DNA of 32,000 bases from Prochlorococcus sp. MIT 0801 (GCF_000757865.1 NZ_CP007754.1:1350001-1382000), one strand, 5' to 3'. Shown: positions 17,796 to 25,038, counted from the stretch's first letter. Program-made: numbers and translations. Notes: a model not told the origin generated them from the sequence alone.

Positions 17796-19184
17796 TCAAA
17801 GAAAACCTTGATTATTTCCACAGTCATTAGGAAAATTAATTTCTCCTGGTTTATCTACATCTAACTCATTGAGAATATCGACAATAGAAACTGCAAAGTT
17901 TAAGTTCTGAGCATTTCCACCTCCAGGAATATTAAAGGTATTCACTCCAATTACTTCACCTTTTAAATTCACAAGTGGACCTCCACTATTTCCTGGACTG
18001 ATGGAAGCATCAGTTTGGATTAGGGTCACATAATTAGGAGCGATGTCTTCAAGCAACTCTCCGCTTGGATAACGAATTGCACTCACTATCCCTCTTGTAA
18101 CTGTTCCAGCAAGACCTAGAGGTGAACCTAGTGCAACAACACTCTGACCATGGTTTGGATATTTGGCATAACAAATTGGTAGAGGTTTTGTATTACTTGA
18201 ATTTTGAGTTTTGACTAATGCAAAATCTAATTTCTTATCTACATATACGACTTTTCCTTGTACCTTTGTACCATCATTAGCAATCACCTGAAACTGTTTA
18301 TCGCCGCTAGAGACCACATGTCTATTCGTCAGAATAAGTCCTTGGTTATCAATAAAGAAACCACTTCCAGAGCCCTCATCACTTCTAAGTTTAACAACAG
18401 AAGGTAAAGTATTTTTAGCTATTATTTCGACATCTAAATTAACTTTAGATACTAATTGAGGATTTATATTTATATTTATATTTAATTTATCCCAAGTCTG
18501 TATAACTTTTCCGAATAGGCTTTTCAAAGATTGTAGTGTCTCTTCGCCAATAGGAACAGTTTCATAGCCAGCATTAGTTTTCATTCTTAGACTTAAAGTA
18601 GTTGAATCTCCTGCATTTTTAACCTTATTAATAAATCCCTGAGGTAAAACAAATTCTCCATTATTACCATAAATTCTATAACTCTTTGACCCTAAATATA
18701 GCTCTATAAAGTTTGGGAAGTCATAAACACTTAAGGGCTCATATGAACATACCCAAAACCCACAACCACCTGAAGTATAGAAATAACCTTTAAGGTAATC
18801 TGTAGTCCATTTAGTAAAAAAAGCTTTGGTATATCCTGTACTGAAATCTGATTTCTTATCTCTATCATATATTGCATATTCATAAGAGCCATCAAGCTGA
18901 GAAATATTCTTAACTATCCTAGACCAAGGAAGTTTAACTTTCTTGGCCTTCCAATCGATATCTTTCTCTAATTCAATTACTTTTAAGCCTGTTTTTTCAT
19001 CTATTTTTTCTCTACTTTTATATTCATTTTCGCCTTTACAATATTCTTTATCTCTATGGACTATAGAGGAACAATTAACTTTAAATTTCTTTGTTTCTTC
19101 AGACTTAATTTCTTGAAAATTAAATAATGAAAACAAAGATAAAAGTATTATTTGTAAAATTATTCTTACTTTAAAGCTTCCCAT
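17796..19184 (-). CDS. secreted trypsin-like (S1C/DegP-type) serine protease with a large uncharacterised N-terminal domain
   Basis: The C-terminal roughly 190 aa carry the catalytic His (LTNRHVV), Asp (DFALVK) and Ser (GNSGGPLVN). The N-terminal roughly 250 aa match no family I recognise. Start is ATG 19184 (MGSFKVRIIL..., a signal peptide) or the upstream ATG at 19205 (MLISLQIMGSF...). Confidence 0.8.
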   Translation of the reverse strand: MGSFKVRIILQIILLSLFSLFNFQEIKSEETKKFKVNCSSIVHRDKEYCKGENEYKSREKIDEKTGLKVIELEKDIDWKAKKVKLPWSRIVKNISQLDGSYEYAIYDRDKKSDFSTGYTKAFFTKWTTDYLKGYFYTSGGCGFWVCSYEPLSVYDFPNFIELYLGSKSYRIYGNNGEFVLPQGFINKVKNAGDSTTLSLRMKTNAGYETVPIGEETLQSLKSLFGKVIQTWDKLNINININPQLVSKVNLDVEIIAKNTLPSVVKLRSDEGSGSGFFIDNQGLILTNRHVVSSGDKQFQVIANDGTKVQGKVVYVDKKLDFALVKTQNSSNTKPLPICYAKYPNHGQSVVALGSPLGLAGTVTRGIVSAIRYPSGELLEDIAPNYVTLIQTDASISPGNSGGPLVNLKGEVIGVNTFNIPGGGNAQNLNFAVSIVDILNELDVDKPGEINFPNDCGNNQGFL

Positions 19185-19339
19185 GATTTGCAAAGAAATC
19201 AACATACTAGAGGGTAACTAGCTAAAATATAAAATCTAGAAAATGAAACAAATACTCCTTAATAAAATTAATTCCATTGGCCAGAAGATACATAAATGAA
19301 CATCGAGAAACTTTGTTTTTCAACAGAGTTCTTCTATCA

Positions 19340-19630
19340 ATGGAACGAATGAGGTTGCGACCTCACAGCGCTAGGGAACCTCTTAGACTCTAACGAACAA
19401 GAAAAGAACATGAGCCAAGAATAGTTGCTATGACTGCGTTATAAGCTTCTGCGCTGAAAGTACATTAGTGTTGATATAACTGGAGTTAGAGGTAATCAGC
19501 TTAACTTGGCAGGGCTTACAACAAAGAAGTAACTCCAGTACCCCTCGTCTTAAATTAGCTCAACCGAGAAAATCAGTTAGATTCTAAATCAACTATCTAG
19601 CATTTAAAGCTGAGTATTTAGACGAGGAAA
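19340..19630. ncRNA. candidate structured noncoding element of unknown class; strand undetermined
   Basis: About 300 nt with no ORF above roughly 20 codons and clearly higher GC than its surroundings. Hairpins: TGAGGT-TGCG-ACCTCA (19350-19365); a long-range pair CAGCGC (19366-71) / GCGCTG (19451-56); a 10-bp stem ACTGGAGTTA (19479-88) / TAACTCCAGT (19530-39); and an 8-bp stem CCTCGTCT (19543-50) / AGACGAGG (19620-27) that extends with bulges. Confidence 0.3.
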
Positions 19631-19998
19631 AACCCAAAAAAAATAAGTATATACACTCATTAGGCAAGGAAAGGAAAAATACACTTACTAAACTAGAGAC
19701 ACAGAAGAAGGAGCAATTAGAGTATTTATCGAAATTATGATTAAAACAATAGATAATATTTGAAGTATTAATATATATTAAGGGGGTAGACCATGATAAC
19801 TATTAGTTGAGAGACATAAAACCCTATTTTCTACAAAAAAATATTTTTATACCTTGCGTTCGCTATAATTTATACTAAGTCAAACGCCTTCGAGCATAAC
19901 AAGACATTATAGAGTCAAGAGCGAAAAAGATAGTACACCAGTATCCATTGTTCCGATTCGTCACAAGACGTATATTAAATCCGTATTTAGCTAAACCT

Positions 19999-20619
19999 AT
20001 GGAACTATCGCCTACGGAGGTGGTTGACTTAGCAAATATTCCGCTCAACAGCGAAGTCACAAAGGGACTTGTACCTGCACAGGTGGAGTACGTCAAAGAA
20101 TCTGTCGTCGAAATCAACGAAGAGCTGAGCTGCGTTGGGCAATCGCTAAGAGCCGTGGCGGCCAACCTCTCCGACATAAAGAGCAACATCAAGCCTGGCA
20201 ATTGGAGAGCCTTCTTGAAATCCGGAGCGATTAACTGCTCAGAAAGGTTTGCAATTGACCTTGTAAGTGCATACACGAACTGGCTAGGTGGTTCCGATAT
20301 AGACGACAACATGCTTGCATCGCTAACACCTAGATCGCTAGCGTTAATGGGAAGCAAAGGAGTGACCGATAAGGAGCGACAAAAGGTATTCGAAGCCGTA
20401 GGGAACGGCGAAAGAATGACAGAAGCGGCCGTAAGAAGCTTAGTAAAAGGAAGCAAGAAAAAAGCTAGTAAATCATCCCAGAAAAGTGAAAGCGAAAAGA
20501 TCAAATCACTAAAAGAAAAGATCGAGACTTACAAAAAAGTCATCAACAACCTTCAAGATGAAAACAAGAAATTAAGTAAATTACTATCAAATAGAGAGAA
20601 AATTGAGTCACTTGTCTAG
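19999..20619 (+). CDS. KfrA-/DUF3102-like protein: a GC-rich N-terminal globular (putative DNA-binding) domain plus an AT-rich C-terminal Lys/Glu coiled coil
   Basis: The segment GNWRAFLKSGAINCSERFAIDLVSAY resembles the conserved core of DUF3102 as I remember it (G.W..WL.....S.RTA.R.M..A). The C-terminus KSLKEKIETYKKVINNLQDENKKLSKLL is coiled-coil-like. I place the start at ATG 19999; the ORF track's in-frame TTG is at 19948. Confidence 0.6.
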   Translation: MELSPTEVVDLANIPLNSEVTKGLVPAQVEYVKESVVEINEELSCVGQSLRAVAANLSDIKSNIKPGNWRAFLKSGAINCSERFAIDLVSAYTNWLGGSDIDDNMLASLTPRSLALMGSKGVTDKERQKVFEAVGNGERMTEAAVRSLVKGSKKKASKSSQKSESEKIKSLKEKIETYKKVINNLQDENKKLSKLLSNREKIESLV

Positions 20620-20659
20620 TGATTGCCACCAAAAGCATTTCCTACTACTATTATTAAAA

Positions 20660-20833
20660 ATGAAAAGCATCAAATTCAGTACTAGAATCTATAAACAAAT
20701 AAAATCAAAAAATCAAGAAATCAACAACTTAGAGGAAGGAATAACGAAGGTACTTCAAGAAAAATACAAGCCTAAAGTTCTTTGCAACATAGAGACTTTG
20801 AGCGAAAAGAAAGTTCAAAGGGGGGTAGCTTAA
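20660..20833 (+). CDS. hypothetical small basic protein (57 aa)
   Basis: Internal ATG of ORF 20603..20833, lying 40 nt after the previous stop. Part of a tightly spaced same-strand gene string. Confidence 0.4.
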   Translation: MKSIKFSTRIYKQIKSKNQEINNLEEGITKVLQEKYKPKVLCNIETLSEKKVQRGVA

Positions 20834-20837
20834 GATT

Positions 20838-20999
20838 ATGAATAAGAATTTAAAATCAAGAAATGGATTCATCCATTTATACAACCCCCATGAAGAAGGA
20901 TTAGGATCTTACGATGTACACTATATAAACGCCTATAAAAAAAATGAAAGTTTAAAAAATAATCTAAACAAAAGAAATAAGGAGAGGTATGCAGCATGA
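20838..20999 (+). CDS. hypothetical small protein (53 aa), below the ORF-track length cut-off
   Basis: Hand translation gives MNKNLKSRNGFIHLYNPHEEGLGSYDVHYINAYKKNESLKNNLNKRNKERYAA. It starts 4 nt after the previous stop, and its TGA overlaps the next ATG as ATGA (20996-20999). Confidence 0.4.
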   Translation: MNKNLKSRNGFIHLYNPHEEGLGSYDVHYINAYKKNESLKNNLNKRNKERYAA

Positions 21000-21316
21000 T
21001 TCCATTTATCAGAAGCCTTTCGGAGCTAATGGCGATTACAGAGTCAAGAGACAGCCAAAAGCATCTCTCTCAATACGATGAAAGCTATACATCTACAATA
21101 GATAGTGGACAAAGAAAAAGATATATAAAGTCACTAAGCAAGCAAGAAGTCAGCCTGCCTGATTTACCTAAAACAATAAGGCATAAATGGATGCAAAATA
21201 AAGCATCTATATCAAGATTCATTGATGATTTAGATTACAACAATCAAATACAATCTTCCTTTGATCTGACCTTAATAGAAAGACAAAACAAGAGAACTCA
21301 ACAGGATGTCGCCTAA
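20996..21316 (+). CDS. hypothetical protein (106 aa)
   Basis: ATG preceded by GGAGAGG (20981-20987). ATGA overlap with the upstream sORF. No recognisable domain. Confidence 0.5.
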   Translation: MIPFIRSLSELMAITESRDSQKHLSQYDESYTSTIDSGQRKRYIKSLSKQEVSLPDLPKTIRHKWMQNKASISRFIDDLDYNNQIQSSFDLTLIERQNKRTQQDVA

Positions 21317-21318
21317 TT

Positions 21319-21660
21319 ATGAAAAAAACTAAAATAAATCAGGTGCTAGAGTATTTATCTCCGACATTGATTCTCTCATATTTTTTTGTACATAAAATTT
21401 TTCTAGTTCTAATTAGCATTACATTGTCAATATATTTAATAAATATTACTATGATTAATAATCTCAAAAGATCTCTAACTAAAAATTTGGATACAATAAA
21501 AGAACCTAAGGAGTTAAATAAAAGCGATAAGGAAATAAATTCCAATATTGTTAGTATCAAATCAAGTAAAGATGATACCAAACTTACATTAGTTGAAGAA
21601 ATAGAAGAATTCGGATTTATACCATCAATAGATAAGGAAAATAATACTAATGCAGCATAA
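21319..21660 (+). CDS. hypothetical membrane-anchored protein (113 aa)
   Basis: Starts 2 nt after the previous stop. The N-terminal hydrophobic stretch LILSYFFVHKIFLVLISITLSIYLI is followed by a polar, acidic tail. Confidence 0.5.
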   Translation: MKKTKINQVLEYLSPTLILSYFFVHKIFLVLISITLSIYLINITMINNLKRSLTKNLDTIKEPKELNKSDKEINSNIVSIKSSKDDTKLTLVEEIEEFGFIPSIDKENNTNAA

Positions 21661-21766
21661 TATATTTTTAATATATAAATATCTATACTAAATAATTGAT
21701 TGCAAACCCTTTTTCTATTTACAAACAAATTTGTTAAAGGTAAGCTGGGATACATGCAAAAAGTAA

Positions 21767-21961
21767 ATGCAAGAAGATCCAAATAGCATAGAAGATTTAT
21801 TAGTTAAAGGTTTATCTCATATTTTAAAAAGAACAGTAGAGGTAAGCCCAAGGGATCAATTAGCAATTGCCCAAGAGTATAAAGAATGGATAAATTGCAT
21901 ATCTGCTAGTGATTTCTCAAAGCAAGAGATTCTAGTAATAGATAAGTTTACATTTAGCTAG
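21767..21961 (+). CDS. hypothetical small protein (64 aa), paralogue of 25039..25239
   Basis: Shares PNSIEDL...L.R..E....D......QEYKEWI......SKQEIL with the 66-aa ORF at 25039. Conservation between the two copies supports coding. Confidence 0.55.
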   Translation: MQEDPNSIEDLLVKGLSHILKRTVEVSPRDQLAIAQEYKEWINCISASDFSKQEILVIDKFTFS

Positions 21962-22213
21962 AAATTTTAGTTTAGCTAAAAAATCTATAAAGAAATATAT
22001 TTTTGATTAATAAATCAAGTATAATAGATTAAAACTTAAAATATCTAAGAATTTAAAAAAAGTTTTCTCTATATTTATAAATTTAGCTGAAAAAATAGTA
22101 AAAATTTATATTTATTATTTATTTTTTGTTACTATTTTTTAAAGTTAAAATAATCTTTTTTTTATAATTGAATCAAATAGCCAAGTTCACATTAAGCAAT
22201 AAAGGAAAGAAAA

Positions 22214-22241
22214 TTGACATTATTCAGTACTAATGTACTAT
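22214..22241 (+). promoter_or_regulatory. sigma70-type promoter (-35 TTGACA, 16-nt spacer, -10 TACTAT) overlapped by a LexA/SOS box
   Basis: TTGACA at 22214-22219 and TACTAT at 22236-22241. AGTACTAATGTACT (22226-22239) is a perfect palindrome AGTAC-N4-GTACT and fits the cyanobacterial LexA consensus RGTACNNNDGTWCB at every position. Confidence 0.6.
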
Positions 22242-22318
22242 AAAGAAACGTTCCTATCGTATCGAAGAATCTCGATTTTCTTTCAGCCACTCTTACAAAA
22301 TCATTTAATTTACTAAGC

Positions 22319-22504
22319 ATGAGTAATGAAACAGCTAACAGAGGTAGGGAAATCTTCGCGTATTTAATCAACCAATCAACTGGAGTATCTAATGGAATCT
22401 TCAAGCACTTCAAGCTGGGTATCGACAAAGAGCCTAAAGCTTTCAAGCGGACTAGAAATTGGAAGAGAAGCGCTCATAACAAGCTCCACAAGAGAGTTAG
22501 TTGA
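22319..22504 (+). CDS. small basic protein (61 aa) downstream of the LexA-box promoter; may be the 5' part of a frameshifted longer gene extending to 22586
   Basis: The ATG lies about 75 nt downstream of the putative -10. A second frame (22392..22586) overlaps it and stays open to 22586. GC is moderately elevated. No family recognised. Confidence 0.4.
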   Translation: MSNETANRGREIFAYLINQSTGVSNGIFKHFKLGIDKEPKAFKRTRNWKRSAHNKLHKRVS

Positions 22505-22675
22505 ATTTTACTGGACAAATCGAAAGCGATTTTCTGGAGGTTACTTAGGCTTCCCTTCAAAAATAAATAGAGACCAGGAGAAATAAAAACTGAACTTAAA
22601 ATTTCCTTTTTTTGATCTAAGTAAATAATTTATTATTAAGGCTATTACAAAAAACAAATTAATAAATAACGATTG

Positions 22676-22891
22676 TCATTTATCATTATTTACTTGATAC
22701 GAATTCGGAGCAAGGATTAAAAATACTATCCACCAAACAAGAATAAAAAAACCTAAAACAGAAGTGATTATAATGTTATTTAAAAGTTTAAAACTGAAAA
22801 TTAGAACTAAAACTCCAAAGCTAATAATTGACCAAGGTTGACACCAATAAGGCTTTGAATCCCAAAAACTTTTTTTTGCATTTGTATCCAT
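22676..22891 (-). CDS. small conserved-looking membrane protein (71 aa, two TM helices)
   Basis: SKPYWCQPWSIISFGVLVL... followed by a second hydrophobic helix. Same strand as the repeat-protein gene and immediately downstream of it. Confidence 0.55.
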   Translation of the reverse strand: MDTNAKKSFWDSKPYWCQPWSIISFGVLVLIFSFKLLNNIIITSVLGFFILVWWIVFLILAPNSYQVNNDK

Positions 22892-22935
22892 TAAAGAAAT
22901 ATGAGAAATGATTAAAGCTATCCAATACTAACGGC

Positions 22936-23442
22936 TTACGAAGGCTTATCTTCCTCAATAGGCTTATCTTCCTCAATAGGCTTATCTTCCTCAATAGGCT
23001 TATCTTCCTCAGGCTTATCTTCCTCAACAGGCTTATCTTCCTCAACAGGCTTATCTTCCTCAACAGGCTTATCTTCCTCAACAGGCTTATCTTCCTCAAC
23101 AGGCTTATCTTCCTCAACAGGCTTATCTTCCTCAACAGGCTTATCTTCCTCAATAGGCTTATCTTCCTCAATAGGCTTATCTTCCTCAACAGGCTTATCT
23201 TCCTCTATCGGTTTAATTTCAACTATGTTGTCAATTGACGAAAACGAAGAAGACTCGCTGCTTGTAAAAATCTGAGAAACCTCCTTAACCGAATCAGACT
23301 CGGAGTCCTTAAGTAAAAATTTCAAAACATATCCAAGAGAGACAAACAAAGCTATTGGGAGGACAAGTCCTAAAAGCAATTTATAGAGGATTATTCCTAT
23401 ACCAAGGACACCAATAGAAATAAGAATGTTCTTCTTGTTCAT
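22936..23442 (-). CDS. membrane-anchored protein with a C-terminal (EEDKP[V/I]) tandem-repeat tail
   Basis: 168 aa. N-terminal TM region ILISIGVLGIGIILYKLLLGLVLPIALFVSLGYVL, a Ser-rich linker, then about 15 EEDKPV/I units that run to the stop codon. Confidence 0.65.
   Translation of the reverse strand: MNKKNILISIGVLGIGIILYKLLLGLVLPIALFVSLGYVLKFLLKDSESDSVKEVSQIFTSSESSSFSSIDNIVEIKPIEEDKPVEEDKPIEEDKPIEEDKPVEEDKPVEEDKPVEEDKPVEEDKPVEEDKPVEEDKPVEEDKPEEDKPIEEDKPIEEDKPIEEDKPS
22942..23208. repeat. 18-bp tandem repeat, about 15 units (one 15-bp unit), in frame inside CDS 22936..23442
   Basis: The unit is aggcttatcttcctcaa[c/t]. Seven consecutive identical caac-type units span 23011-23136. The short unit is at 22996-23010. 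Confidence 0.95.
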
Positions 23443-23533
23443 ATGAGCTAATTGAATAGATTCTAAATCTAAGCTATTTCTGAGTTATCTTCATCACACT
23501 CCTTTAACGCGATGTCTATTTAAATAATCTAAA

Positions 23534-23983
23534 TTGCAAGCATTGACATTATATCCAATGCTCATCAAAGAGAAAGAATTAAAAAAATTCTTCAATTTAT
23601 CTTATGGAGAGAAAGCACCATCTAGGGAAGAATGGGAATCCTTATACAATCAACAAGTTAAATTCATAGATCCAACCCAAGAAAAAAATGGAATTGATGC
23701 ATATATCAAAGCCCAAGATGGATTAATCAAAAGATGTGATGATATTTATCTAGAATCACACTCAATTGCCATCAATAAGAATATTGCTTTTGTTGAATGG
23801 ACAATGGGGTTAAAAATAAAAGGTCTCGAATTTTTATACGATGGGACAACAAGATTGATATTTGATGAAGAAGGTAAGGTTAAAGAACATAGGGATTATT
23901 TTGATTTTTGTTCTGGAACATTTGGAAATATTCCAGTCATAGGGACATTTTTTAGATGGTTATATTCAAGATTTGTGGATTAA
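23534..23983 (+). CDS. SnoaL/NTF2-like fold protein
   Basis: 149 aa. The pattern YNQQVKFIDPT...AFVEWTM...G.TRLIFDEEGKVKEHRDYFD is typical of SnoaL-like/NTF2 domains. The ORF-track start is a TTG; the first ATG is at 23558. Confidence 0.55.
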   Translation: MQALTLYPMLIKEKELKKFFNLSYGEKAPSREEWESLYNQQVKFIDPTQEKNGIDAYIKAQDGLIKRCDDIYLESHSIAINKNIAFVEWTMGLKIKGLEFLYDGTTRLIFDEEGKVKEHRDYFDFCSGTFGNIPVIGTFFRWLYSRFVD

Positions 23984-24008
23984 AATAATTTTTATTTTTA
24001 AAAATCAT

Positions 24009-24039
24009 AGAGAAATTTCCAATCATTTCTCTTTCTTTG
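24009..24039 (+). terminator. candidate terminator after the SnoaL-like gene
   Basis: AGAGAAAT (24009-24016), 8-nt loop, ATTTCTCT (24025-24032), followed by TTCTTTG. Confidence 0.4.
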
Positions 24040-24259
24040 ATTATCTTTCATAAGAGTTTGCTTTATTCCCTAACAAGAATCTAAGCATTTTCATTTTTTG
24101 CTTTCGTTTGAGAAACTATAAAAAAACTAGTAAATTTACCTAATCGCAATCAAAGCAAAAATAATATTTAGTCATTTTCTAAATTTTGTTTGGTTATTTA
24201 GTTGATTACGTAATTAATTTTTTTATTAGCTATAACACAAGTGTTGCTGGAAGAATCAA

Positions 24260-24616
24260 ATGGGAACATTAGTTGAGTTAATCAAGGAAACCTACGACCA
24301 TAAAGCATGCTTAGAAATTGCCAGTAGTGGCTGCTCTGAGGGGGCCTGCACAAGGCATAACTATCAAGCTGACACTCTCTTGCTCTATATGAGTTACTCA
24401 GATGAGATCATCAAATACACTTCAGAAAGACTCGGATACAATTTTCTATCTAATCTTGCAAGAGATTTTGGTTCACCACTAAATGATAATAAAGATCAAG
24501 ATAATTTCTCATGGCAAGAAGTAGTTTCGGCTTGTCCAAATAAGGACGACTATAAACATGCCCTTGTATGGAAATTTATAGAATTAGTTGCCAAAGAGAA
24601 AAGTTTAGATCACTAA
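24260..24616 (+). CDS. hypothetical protein (118 aa)
   Basis: ATG start, moderately elevated GC, balanced amino-acid composition. No recognisable domain. Confidence 0.5.
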   Translation: MGTLVELIKETYDHKACLEIASSGCSEGACTRHNYQADTLLLYMSYSDEIIKYTSERLGYNFLSNLARDFGSPLNDNKDQDNFSWQEVVSACPNKDDYKHALVWKFIELVAKEKSLDH

Positions 24617-24666
24617 TAATTCAGCATGGAGATTAATAGGTAATAAATTCTCTATTAGTTGAGGAT

Positions 24667-24855
24667 TTAACCTACAAGTAATTTAGTTTTCAAAAAAAGA
24701 TCAATTACAGTTCTCATCCAAAGAGGTTGAAAAATAAAATAAATTAGAACGAAGAAGAATATTGCACCTATTATTCCATAAAATTGAACCTCTATTTCTT
24801 CCCAAATCTCTTCAATCCAAATAAATAAAGATTTATTTCTACTGTCTCTTTCCAT
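24667..24855 (-). CDS. hypothetical small membrane protein (62 aa from the first ATG)
   Basis: One clear TM helix (FYGIIGAIFFFVLIYFIF). The ORF-track start at 24891 is a TTG. Confidence 0.3.
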   Translation of the reverse strand: MERDSRNKSLFIWIEEIWEEIEVQFYGIIGAIFFFVLIYFIFQPLWMRTVIDLFLKTKLLVG

Positions 24856-25038
24856 TGAAAAATAGATTAGAAACGTAGTATATCCGAACAATAAAAAGTT
24901 TCAAAATAATATTTATTAAATCCCTGTGATTTCTCCATATTTATATTCAATAGATAAATTGAATATAAAATTATTGACCAAAAGACTCGGCAGAATGGAT
25001 TTTTAATTAAATTAACTTATTAATATAAAAAAGAAAAA

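Noticed and set aside
19340-19630. Identification of the structured element as tmRNA, RNase P RNA, 6S or SRP RNA
   Set aside because: There is no tRNA-like T-arm (GGTTCGAATCC) and no tag reading frame ending in hydrophobic-Ala-Ala followed by a stop on either strand. There is no GAGGAAAGTCC or other RNase P conserved region. The length and shape do not fit 6S or SRP RNA. I left it as an unknown class.
19875-20504. 209-aa minus-strand ORF opposite the KfrA-like gene
   Set aside because: Its Ser/Leu/Thr-rich, low-complexity composition is typical of the antisense frame of a GC-rich Lys/Glu-coding gene. It has no start context. The plus-strand frame has domain-like features and heads an operon.
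21339-21782. 147-aa minus-strand ORF
   Set aside because: It is antisense to CDS 21319..21660, which is translationally coupled to its upstream neighbour. The composition is that of an AT-rich shadow frame.
22192-22446. 84-aa minus-strand ORF
   Set aside because: It runs straight through the -35/LexA-box/-10 promoter and is antisense to the plus-strand ORFs. It has no start context or recognisable features.
22821-23189. 122-aa ORF translating the repeat as (KISLLR)n
   Set aside because: It is an alternative frame of the same tandem repeat on the same strand. It lacks a sensible N-terminus and runs into the neighbouring gene. The EEDKP frame has a TM anchor and a proper start.
22942-23208. 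Regular 18-bp repeat array considered as a possible CRISPR array
   Set aside because: The units are contiguous with no spacers and are far too short. They lie in frame inside a CDS encoding EEDKP(V/I). There are no cas genes in the window.
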